NCBI GenBank assembly: GCA_040766505.1
Contig: JAXGQJ010000007.1
Location: 21,232-85,231, forward strand
Origin: Clostridiales bacterium
GTDB lineage: Bacteria > Bacillota > Dehalobacteriia > UBA7702
Reading direction: 5' to 3'
Length of the DNA: 64,000 bases
Shown: in pieces, positions 31,308-39,975 of the stretch
Layout: the number at the start of each line of letters is the position of its first letter
Numbering within the stretch: the stretch's first letter is position 1
Notes under the pieces: model-generated
What the model saw: the letters and a program-made list of their open reading frames with translations, nothing else
The model's database searches: none
Told to the model about the DNA's origin: nothing
Made by a program: the position numbers and the translations under genes

Positions 31308-32779
31308 TTACCGGGCGGCGTATTCTTCCTCCGCCTCGGCGATGATGTCGCTTAGGCCTTGTGCCGCCCCGTCGGGCAAAGCGGGCACCCGGTGGGTGGC
31401 CAAGATATGTTCCGCTTCCGCATAGGCCCGTTCCGCCAAATCCTTCGACCCTTCCATCACCCACGCTTCCCGCATCGAGCGGTCGAAGAGCTTCGTGGCA
31501 CTCTGTTCATGGCGGAACCGCTGGAAGGTGTGGGGATGGCTGATCAGTTCACCGCCGGGGCCGATCTCCTTGATCAGTTCAACGGCGATATTTTCATCGC
31601 TGATCTTGATGCCGTCCATCACCCGGCGGATCATCGTATAGATTTCATTGTCGATTACGAATTGGGCCAGGTCGAAAGTGATGCCAAGGTCCAACATGCC
31701 GGCGCCGTAGATCAAATTGGCGCCGCCCTGGGCCGCCAATAATGCCGTCAATGTTTTCTCGTGGGCCGCCTGTCCGTCGGGAACTTTGCTGTCCGCCTAG
31801 CCCCCCGCCACAAAGCTCGGCAGTTTGTAGAATTGGGCCAGCCTTGCCACCGAGGCGCTGATCATGCCGAGTTCCGGCGCGCCGACGGGGGCCGTCGTAT
31901 AGCGCATGTCCATAATCGTCGTCGAGCTGGCATAAATACAGGGGGCGCCTTTTTGCGTCAGTTGGCTTAAAACGATCACGCTCAGCACTTCCGCATTGTG
32001 GGTGGCGAGGGTTCCCGCCAAAGTCACCGGCGAGGTGGCCCCGGCCATCGCCATCGAGATGATATTGATCGGCACATTTTCCTTGGCCGCCAGCATCACA
32101 ACGTCGGTGCATTCGGGGATCAACTTTAACAGGCTGGTGGGGCAGACATTGAAGCTGATCAGCGGCCGCTGCCGCAGCGCTTCTTGGCCGCCGGCCACCA
32201 GGGCCGCCATACGGATCAGTTTTTTGGCATTGTCGATGCCGTCGGCGCCGATAAAGAAGTGTTTTGTCGTATTGGGGAAAATGGCCTCGGCATTGTGGAG
32301 GGCCTGGGCGGGGCCGGGGCAATCTTGGGATACCACCGCCCGATAGGTGATGTCCATATTGGGCAAATAATCGCTCATCCGGCTGCATTGGGCCAAATCC
32401 GCCTTGGTGCTGGGACGGTACTCTTTCGTTTTCATATCCCGCATCATGACGCCTTCGCCGAAATTGACGAAGCCAATCCTGTTTTTTTCCAGAACATAGT
32501 CCTTTTCCGGCAGCCGCCCCGACAGCCGCAAGGTGGGGGGTGCTGTACGAATGGCCTCTTCTACCATGTAGGGCGGCATTTTTACGATTTTGCTTTTCTC
32601 GTCGACGCTGGCGCCGCCGGCGGCGAAAACCTCTCTCGCTTCCGGGCTGTCGACCCGCACGCCGATATTGTGCAAAATATCCAGCGTCGCAACGTGGATG
32701 GTCTCCAGTTCATCCTGGGAATAGCCGACGATGCCAAAGCTGCCGAGCCCCGGAAAACTGCCTGTGTGTTCCTGGTCAT
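31308..32779 (-). CDS. mttB: trimethylamine:corrinoid methyltransferase family protein MttB with one in-frame UAG (putative pyrrolysine); 1-nt frameshift near the 5' end
   Basis: ORFs 31797-33050 and 31308-31751 share one frame and are joined by a single TAG. Translation: ...YSQDELETIHVATLDILHNIGVRV...[47 protein letters not shown]... The ATG at 32779 follows AAGGAGG but lies in the +1 frame relative to the body. Confidence 0.8.
31797..31799 (-). other. in-frame amber codon (candidate pyrrolysine site)
   Basis: Plus-strand CTA equals minus-strand TAG. It is flanked by conserved MttB sequence in the same frame on both sides. Confidence 0.7.
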
Positions 32780-32831
32780 TCTGATCTTGCCTCCTTAATC
32801 GATGTATGGAATACTCCTGCCCCTTTCTATA

Positions 32832-32847
32832 GCAAATTCCGTGCCAT
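32832..32847 (-). promoter_or_regulatory. sigma-54 (-24/-12) promoter of the Pyl-mttB operon
   Basis: The minus strand reads TGGCAC-GGAAT-TTGCT, an exact TGGCAC-N5-TTGCW match, about 53 nt upstream of the ATG. Confidence 0.8.
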
Positions 32848-33030
32848 TTGGCGCGGCGGTTTGAAAAAGAAAACGCAAAGGCGAAAAAAACGGCGTGTTC
32901 CCGCCGTTTTTCACGTAAAAGATCCGGGCCACCGGCTTTTTTCTTTGCCGATGGCCCGCCAGTTTTTTGTTTGCCCGCCTTTTGCCGCGGATCGGATGCA
33001 AAATAGGGGAAGAACGCCTTCGGCTTCCCG

Positions 33031-33060
33031 CCCTTCATGCATTTTTGCATGAACGAATGC
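33031..33060. promoter_or_regulatory. candidate enhancer (UAS) for the sigma-54 activator
   Basis: CCCTTCATGCAT-ttt-TGCATG-aa-CGAATGC, about 190 nt upstream of the -24/-12 element. The same motif occurs at 36829-36872. Confidence 0.55.
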
Positions 33061-33070
33061 CGTTGGCCCT

Positions 33071-34845
33071 CTATTTCGATTTGTTTAAAATGCGGATCAC
33101 GGTGCTTTGGTTGACCCCCAAAGCCTCGGCGGCCCGGTAGGAATTGCCGTATTGCTGGTAGGCATTTTTAACGAGGAGGGCTTCCAATTCCGCTTTGGCG
33201 GCCTTTAAGGGCAGCAGCGCCGTGCAGATTACCTGGCCCCGGGGGTCATATTCTCGGAAAAGATTTCATTGAACTGGTCGATGGTGATCAAATCCCCGTC
33301 GCTGGCGACGATCAGCCGTTCAACGGAATTCATCAGCTCCCGCACATTGCCGGGCCAGGAATAATTTAGGAAAAAGCGAACCACTTCGGCGCTGAAACGT
33401 TTTTTCGTCTGGTGCCGGTGGTTAAAGCTCTTAATGAATTGGTTTGTCAGCGGGACAATGTCCTCCCGCCGGTTCATGAGGGGCATCAGCGCAATGGGCA
33501 TAACTTTCAACCGGTAATACAGGTCATTGCGGAAGCTCCCTTCCTCTACCATCGCTTTCAGATCCCGGTTGGTGGCGGCGACGATCCGCACATCCAGCGG
33601 AATGCGTTTCGTGCCGCCGACCCGGACGATTTCCCGATCCTGCATGAATTCCAGCAGCTTCACCTGGAGGGCCAGATCCATTTCGCCGATCTCGTCAAAG
33701 AAAACGGTGCCGCCATTGGCGGTTTCCAATTTGCCGATTTTGCCCTTTTTGGCGGCGCCGGTGAAGGCCCCGGCTTCATAGCCGAACAGCTCCGATTCCA
33801 GCAAATCCTTGGGGATGAGGCCGCAATTGATCTTGACGAAGGGCTTGGCGTTTCGCTTGCTTAAACGGTAAACCAGATCGGCGACCACTTCTTTGCCGGT
33901 GCCGGATTCCCCTCGATGAGAACGGAAACATCGGTGGGGGCGATCTTGGCGACGAGGCTTTGCACCTGCTTCATCGGGGGCTTTCAAAATATAGCCTTCC
34001 TGCTGGATGATATGTTGTTGCAGGGCCTTGATCTCCTCTTTGCTGGAATTCAGTTCCCGCGAGATTTTATCCACCTGGGAATTGATGCCGGCGATGTCCT
34101 TGGAGGTGCTCAAAACGTGGATCATATTGCCCGCCCCGTCAAAAATCGGTTGGGCGGTGGCGAGGATATGGCAGCCGGAGGAAAGCTCCACGATTTCCGC
34201 CACCTTATCGCCGGTGCGCAAAACCTCCAGGGTGACGCTTTTCGACACGACGGCGTCCTTTTCGAAATCGCTGACATGGCGGCCCACATAGTCTTCCAGC
34301 CGGATGCGGCAAAGGCTTTCGCCCCGGGGATTGGTGTATTGGATGAAGCCCTGGCCGTCGGTGATGAAAACATCGTCCTCCATCGCGTCGAAAATGCGTT
34401 TGTAGAATGCGATCTGTTTTTCCATCTGCCAGGTCAGCCGCTCTTTTTCCAAGAGCATGTCCTTATAGAGGTCTATCTGCTCCAATATGCCGATGATCTC
34501 GCCGTCGTCCTTTAAAACCAGCGCCAATTTGGGGGTGGTTTTTAATTGCGGCGGTAAGAAATGGGTTTCGGCGGCGCCGACGCTTTCCTCCCGGATTTGG
34601 GCGGCAAAATCCCCCCTCAGGGTCAGATGGGGCAGGGGCAGCAGCGCCGGGTCGTCGACGGCGACGGCGTCCCCTTTCTCCGCCGCCAGTAGCCCCAGGC
34701 AAAGCTGGGCCGTGCCGAACAATTTATAGGGCGCGTCGCCGCAAACGACATAGTCCGCCCCGCTTTGGCTAAGTTCCCGGGGGGTCAGAACGGCATCGGC
34801 GGCGCGCAGGATAAAATTGCGGTTGATATAGCGATGGAGGTTCAT
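33071..34845 (-). CDS. sigma-54-dependent transcriptional activator (PAS-AAA+-Fis HTH); frameshifts near 33235 and 33900-33960
   Basis: Walker A GESGTGKE, ESELFGYEAGAFTGA (GAFTGA loop), RIVAATNRDL, WPGNVRELMN. C-terminal HTH ...YGNSYRAAEALGVNQSTVIRILNKSK stop (TAG 33071-33073). Confidence 0.85.
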
Positions 34846-34901
34846 CTTTTTCTCCTTTCCGGGGTTCGCCCCCGGCCCGGCCGGGGTGGCGGAAGGGCAC
34901 C

Positions 34902-34954
34902 AAAACCCCAGAACCCGTCGGTGCGAAACCGTGCCGAGGGGTCTGGGGTTTTTT
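34902..34954. terminator. bidirectional rho-independent terminator after the non-Pyl mttB homolog
   Basis: CCCCAGAACCCGTCGGTGCG-aaa-CCGTGCCGAGGGGTCTGGGG, flanked by AAAA upstream and TTTTTT downstream. Confidence 0.65.
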
Positions 34955-34988
34955 ATGCGGGCAACATGCTGTGTTTGCCATGGCCACC

Positions 34989-35036
34989 GGCTTTCATGCC
35001 GCGGCTTTTGGGCGGAAGCGCCGCGGCATGAAAGCC
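34989..35036. other. 17-bp perfect hairpin
   Basis: GGCTTTCATGCCGCGGC - 14-nt loop - GCCGCGGCATGAAAGCC. Confidence 0.6.
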
Positions 35037-35101
35037 GTAAAGAACCGCCGCGCCTCGCGGGAACCGCTCCGGTTTTTAGCGGCGGTTGACCGGCCCGGGG
35101 T

Positions 35102-36513
35102 TTATTTCCCTTGGATGGCGGCCTGCAAGGCTTCTTCCACCGCCTGGTCCGCCTCGGGAGACAGCGCCAGGTTCACATGGTTCTTGTGGAGGTCTTTCGC
35201 TTTTTCCAGGGCGCGCTGGCCATAGGTCGTCTTATGTTGTCTCCAGCCGTCATGGTTGTTGCGTTCGCAGAGGATGGGATTCCACAGTTCGCTGCGAAGA
35301 TGCTGCAAGGTGTGCATGTGGCCGAGGAAGTTCCGCTCCCCGTTGACGACTTCATGGGTCACGTCGACGGCCAAGGTGTCCTCATTGACCACATTGCCCT
35401 GGATGATTCTCTTGATCATAGAGGAAATTTCATTGTCCATAACGATGGTGGGATAGTCGGCGATCAGGGCATTGTCGGTGGAACCGCCGGTGCCGAGGAT
35501 GTCGGCGCCTACCATGGCGGGAACGAGGGCGTTCATCATCCGCTCAAAGCCGCTCTGCTCGTCCAATACCTTCGAGGAACCGGAGAAGCCCGTCGGTTCG
35601 CTGGGAACGCCATAATAGGCCGCCAGCTGGGCGGAGCAGGTGCCGGCCAAGCCCATTTCCGGTGCGGTCCAAAGGCCGACGGCGGTGCGCATATCGATGG
35701 AGGTCACCCGGGGGGAGAAGATCGTGGGATGTCCCGGCTTCATCAACTGGGCGATCACAAGGCCCGCCAGCATTTCCGCATTGTGCATCGTAACGGAACC
35801 GATCAGCGTCATCGGGCCGGTAGCCCCCAGCATCGGGCAGGGGATGATGCCCAGCGGCAAATTGGCTTCCACGGTGTCCAACAGGCCGTTGGCGGGGCCT
35901 TCGGCATAATCCAATGGGCTGATGGGGGAAACCTGCAAATAGGCGATGGGCTTTTTCACGAGATTGTCCATGCCGCCGACGGCTGCCGCCAGCACTTGGG
36001 GGATATATTTCATTTCATGGTCGGATTCAATGCAGATGTGCAGAGGCTTGGCGGTGTTCCGCACCATCGCGACGGTTTCCGCGGTCACCGCGGCATGTTC
36101 CGGAATGTCTTTGGGGAAGATGGCGGAAATGATGTCGATATAATCCAGCCCATCACAAACCCGGATAAAATCGCACAGGTCTTTATAGCGGACGAGGCGC
36201 CGTTCACCGGTTTCAAGGTCATTGATAAAGGGGAACCGATGCAGGTTTGGGCAAAGACCTTGCCTTCGCCGAAGGTCACATTGCGGCTTTCGTCGCGGCC
36301 ATAGAGGGTGAAGGAACGGGGCGCTGTTTTGATCGCCTTTTCCACCAGATCCCGGGGGAAATAGACGGTGCCGTCCTGAACGGTCAGTCCCAATGCGGCG
36401 CATTTTTTCAAGAAGCGATCCGATTGACTGCGAACGCCGGTCTTTTCCAGAATTTTCAGCGTCGCTTCATGGATCATTTCCACATCTTGTTTGCTGAGAT
36501 ACGAAAAGTTCAT
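35102..36513 (-). CDS. MttB-superfamily methyltransferase without an internal stop (non-Pyl type); one frameshift near 36240
   Basis: MNFSYLSKQDVEMIHEATLKILEKTGVRS...TAPRSFTLYGRDESRNVTFGEGKVF joins ...INDLETGERRLVRYKDL...GFSGSSKVLDEQSGFERMMNAL...; RBS GGAGG. Confidence 0.8.
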
Positions 36514-36567
36514 GATAAGCCTCCCTATACTTTTATTTAAATTTTTGGTATTCTGGTCATATATAAA

Positions 36568-36583
36568 AGCAAGAACCATGCCA
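36568..36583 (-). promoter_or_regulatory. sigma-54 (-24/-12) promoter of the non-Pyl mttB homolog
   Basis: The minus strand reads TGGCAT-GGTTC-TTGCT, about 55 nt upstream of the ATG. Confidence 0.75.
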
Positions 36584-36828
36584 ACCGTGAAACACCCTGT
36601 CAAGTTTTCAGAAAATTCCCGAAAAAGGGGAGGCGGGGGCCTGTAAAGCCCGCAACATTCCGGCGGAGCGTCGCCTTCGCCCCGGGCTGCGGGGCCGCGC
36701 TATAAAATCGCCCCAAGCAGGGGATACGGGCCGGAACGGCGCCCAAAACGTGCTGCGGCGGCAAAGCCTTTAGCTGCCCTTGGCGCAAAAAAGCGATAAA
36801 AATTCACCCCGGAACAAGATTCCCCCGG

Positions 36829-36872
36829 CCCTTCATGCATAGATGCATGGGGCGAATGCATTTGTGCATTCT
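36829..36872. promoter_or_regulatory. candidate enhancer (UAS), second copy
   Basis: CCCTTCATGCAT-aga-TGCATG-ggg-CGAATGCATTTGTGCATTC, about 250 nt upstream of the -24/-12 element. Confidence 0.55.
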
Positions 36873-37296
36873 TGTCCCGGGCCGCCGGTTTTCCCGCCCA
36901 AAACAGGGGCTTTTGGCGGAATTGCGGGCGAGGGTGAACCGTAGCCGCATCGTGCCGCTGGCCCGCATGGCCGCTATATTTAGCGCATTGCCCCCACGCC
37001 GCCAGGGGGCATGATGCATATGCGAATCCGCCGCATTCCCCGGCAATGGCTGTGACCCGCCTTTTTTGGTTCCGGCGGGGAAATATGCGAACCGGTAACG
37101 ATTCGTTTTTGGGCCAAAGGGGCCGCCGGTGCCTGCCGCCGCAAAAATTTCACATGTTTGCCATGATGAAAAATGGAAACGGCGCGGCGGGCCGGTCTTG
37201 CGGCCAAATTTTCCCAAAAGGGTGTGCCGAAATAAGCCGGGGCAATCGCCGCCGGAGCGCCGTCAATTTTCAGGTGGCGAAAAAGGAGGAAATACG

Positions 37297-37830
37297 ATGA
37301 AACCGTGGCCGGATTTTGCGGGAGACGGGGCGCTGTTGGCCGAATTTTCCGCACAGATTTCTTCGATGCTGGCCTTTGCCGACGGGCTGGAGCCCGAAAC
37401 GGCGCTGGCGGCATCCCGGGCCGCCGCTACGGCGGAACGGCGTTTTGCCGCCGGGGGCCATACGGCCCACCGGGGGTTTTATTGCCCGTCGCTGGTCTAT
37501 GATTGGGTTGCCGACGGCGCCGACCGCGGCCGCCTTTTGGCAAATGAAAAAGAAGAGGAAGCGGATTTCCGCTATTCCTTTGCCGCCGACGGGCGGCTGC
37601 TTCTGGTGGAAAACCGTTCCTTTTTTGGGGCGGGTTTTGGCCGCGAATACCTTTTCTATAAGGAAAATCAGGTATATGGCGTTTTTTATGACAGCGACGG
37701 CGAACGAACCGCCGTGTCCCGGGAAATATACCGGGACGGCAAACTGGAATCCTATGCTCGCACCCTTTGCCACCGGCGGGAAGAGGCCGATCTTTACTGG
37801 GAGCTTTGCCGCCATCAGGGGAAAAGCTAA
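37297..37830 (+). CDS. hypothetical protein (may continue to ~37987 in another frame)
   Basis: ATG follows AAAAGGAGG. 177 codons with no recognisable motif. The downstream frame continues ...YDEAGRVRHITE... to a stop at 37987. Confidence 0.4.
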   Translation: MKPWPDFAGDGALLAEFSAQISSMLAFADGLEPETALAASRAAATAERRFAAGGHTAHRGFYCPSLVYDWVADGADRGRLLANEKEEEADFRYSFAADGRLLLVENRSFFGAGFGREYLFYKENQVYGVFYDSDGERTAVSREIYRDGKLESYARTLCHRREEADLYWELCRHQGKS

Positions 37831-38126
37831 AAGGGTCACCCTTTATCTTGGCGTCGCCCGGATCTCGGCATCTATGATGAATGCCGCTATCTTTTCCACT
37901 ATGACGAAGCGGGAAGGGTGCGGCATATCACCGAAAGAAGGATGGTGATGGGAGAAGAGATCGTAACCGAAATCCCGGTAGAACGGTAAGGGGCGGCTTT
38001 TGGCCTCCGATGGCCGTCCCGCACCCACACCCCGCTTTCTGTCGGAAGAAAGGGGCGGCCTTTCGACATTGAGGGCGCTTTTTCTTTCCGCGTATGGACT
38101 ATAATAGTAGTCTGGGAGGAAGGGCC

Positions 38127-38345
38127 ATGGTGTATTTTTTTTGCCCCCATTGCCGGGCGGCGCTCTATATCCCGCTGGAATGGGGCCGGATGGAATGCCC
38201 TTTCTGCGGCGGCGCCATCGTTTTTTCCGATACGGTGGTTTTGGAGTGGCGCGGCGGCGGGCAGGAGAACGCGGCGGCGGGGCGAAACTTTAAAAAGAAG
38301 AAAAGCAAGCATTGGACTTGCCCGGAACGGGGGAAGGGGAGATGA
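38127..38345 (+). CDS. small zinc-ribbon protein (CPHC...CPFC)
   Basis: MVYFFCPHCRAALYIPLEWGRMECPFCGG. Its stop overlaps the comFC start (ATGA). Confidence 0.4.
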   Translation: MVYFFCPHCRAALYIPLEWGRMECPFCGGAIVFSDTVVLEWRGGGQENAAAGRNFKKKKSKHWTCPERGKGR

Positions 38346-39061
38346 ACGTCGCCAAGGGTTTGCTGGGTTGTTTTTTCCCTGCGCTGCACTGCCGAATCTG
38401 CGGCGGCGCCTCGTCCCGCAGTTGGCCGGGGCTATGCCTTTCTTGCCGTGAAGCGCTGGGGGCGGAAAGGGAAAAGGTGGCCTTTTGTTCCCGCTGCGCG
38501 CTGTTCTATGCCGCCGCCTGTCGCCATTGCCCCCACTGCTTGGGCCGGGGCCGCCGTTCCTACTTTCGCGATGCCCGGGCGGCCTTTCCTTTTACCGCTC
38601 CCGCCCGCCGCCTGGTTCACGATTTAAAATACCGCAATGGCCGTTTTTTGGCGGAAACCATGGCGGCGCTGATGGTCGAGGATTTCGGCGGCGCGGCGCT
38701 GCTGAAAGGGTACGACGCTTTTGTGCCGGTGCCCCTTGCGGACAAGCGCCGGCGGGAACGCGGCTATAACCAGGCGCAACTCCTCGCCGCCGCCCTTTCC
38801 CGGCAAACGGGGCTGCCCGTCGACGATAAGCTGCTGCGGCGGGTGCGGGACACCGGCAGCCAAACGGCGTTAAAGGGGCGGGAACGCCGGGAAAATTTGC
38901 AGGGGGCTTTCCGCGCCGCCCCGGCAGCGGCCCGGCGGAACCTGGTTTTGGTCGACGATGTGATCACCACCGGCGCCACGATGGCCGAATGCGCAAAAAC
39001 CTTGCGGCAGGCCGGCGCGGGCCAAATTTTTCTGCTGGCATTTTCCGCAAGCATCCGCTGA
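38342..39061 (+). CDS. comFC: ComF-family phosphoribosyltransferase (ComFC)
   Basis: N-terminal Cys-rich region. FPFTAPARRLVHDLKYRNGRFLAE..., ...RERGYNQAQLLA..., and PRTase loop LVLVDDVITTGATMAECA. Confidence 0.85.
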   Translation: MNVAKGLLGCFFPALHCRICGGASSRSWPGLCLSCREALGAEREKVAFCSRCALFYAAACRHCPHCLGRGRRSYFRDARAAFPFTAPARRLVHDLKYRNGRFLAETMAALMVEDFGGAALLKGYDAFVPVPLADKRRRERGYNQAQLLAAALSRQTGLPVDDKLLRRVRDTGSQTALKGRERRENLQGAFRAAPAAARRNLVLVDDVITTGATMAECAKTLRQAGAGQIFLLAFSASIR

Positions 39062-39256
39062 AAATGGCGGTAAATCGACAAGGTTTTTCCGCTCTTCACG
39101 AAATTAAGCACAAAATCATTTCGTTTTTAACTTGTTATAAACAAACTTGTCCATGCTATCCACAAAAAAGCCGGAAACAATGGCCGCTTTTTCGCCAAAA
39201 AAGAACGGCGGCGGCGGAAAATTTTTGGTTTCCTTGCCGGAAAGGAACAGGGATTT

Positions 39257-39284
39257 TTGATTTCGGCGGGAATTACTATAAAAT
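39257..39284 (+). promoter_or_regulatory. sigma-A-type promoter upstream of hpf
   Basis: TTGATT-N16-TAAAAT about 30 nt upstream of the hpf ATG. Confidence 0.4.
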
Positions 39285-39314
39285 AGTAACCTGATAATGG
39301 AAGGAGTGTTTGGA

Positions 39315-39836
39315 ATGAATATCTTAATCAAAGGAAGAAACATCGATGTAACCCCGGCTTTGCGCGAGTATATCGAAAAGAAATTGTCGCGGTTGGAAAA
39401 ATTCATGGACATCAATGATGTCAATGTCACTTTGGCGGTGGAGAAAAATATGCACCGCATCGAGGTGACGCTCCAGCTGAACGGCTATATTCTCCGGGGC
39501 GAAGAGGTTTCCGGCAATATGTATGGCTCCGTGGATCTGGTTGCTGACAAATTGGAAACGCAGATGGTGCGCTATAAGGAAAAAATCCAAAAACGGAACA
39601 AGCGGAAAAAGGTTTTGGCGGAGGTCGCTTTTGCCGAGGAGGCGCCGGTTCCCGATGATGAGTTGGTGCGGGTCAAACGTTTCCCGATCAAGCCGATGAC
39701 ATTGGAGGAGGCGGTGATGCAGATGAATATGCTGGGCCACAGCTTCTTCGTCTTTACCAACAGCGAAACGGAAATGGTCAATGTGGTCTATACCCGAAAA
39801 GATGGAAAATATGGCCTTTTAGAGCCGGAATATTGA
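39315..39836 (+). CDS. hpf: ribosome hibernation promoting factor (long HPF)
   Basis: MNILIKGRNIDVTPALREYIEKKLSRLEKF... plus the C-terminal dimerisation domain ...VKRFPIKPMTLEEAVMQMNMLGHSFFVFTN. Confidence 0.9.
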   Translation: MNILIKGRNIDVTPALREYIEKKLSRLEKFMDINDVNVTLAVEKNMHRIEVTLQLNGYILRGEEVSGNMYGSVDLVADKLETQMVRYKEKIQKRNKRKKVLAEVAFAEEAPVPDDELVRVKRFPIKPMTLEEAVMQMNMLGHSFFVFTNSETEMVNVVYTRKDGKYGLLEPEY

Positions 39837-39975
39837 GCCGCCGCCGCCGGGGGAAAGGTCATCAAATGAACACAGTATGCGTCCTGGAAAGCAATTTGCC
39901 TGTATGATATAATGAAAGGAATCTATCGCCGGGAAGGGCCATGGATTCCTTTCCTGCTTTGGTTGGGAGGCCATC

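Noticed and set aside
31797-31799. The mttB TAG as a nonsense mutation or sequencing error
   Set aside because: The frame is maintained with conserved sequence on both sides, the position matches the known Pyl site, and the errors in this assembly are indels rather than substitutions. It is not fully excluded without reads or pyl genes.
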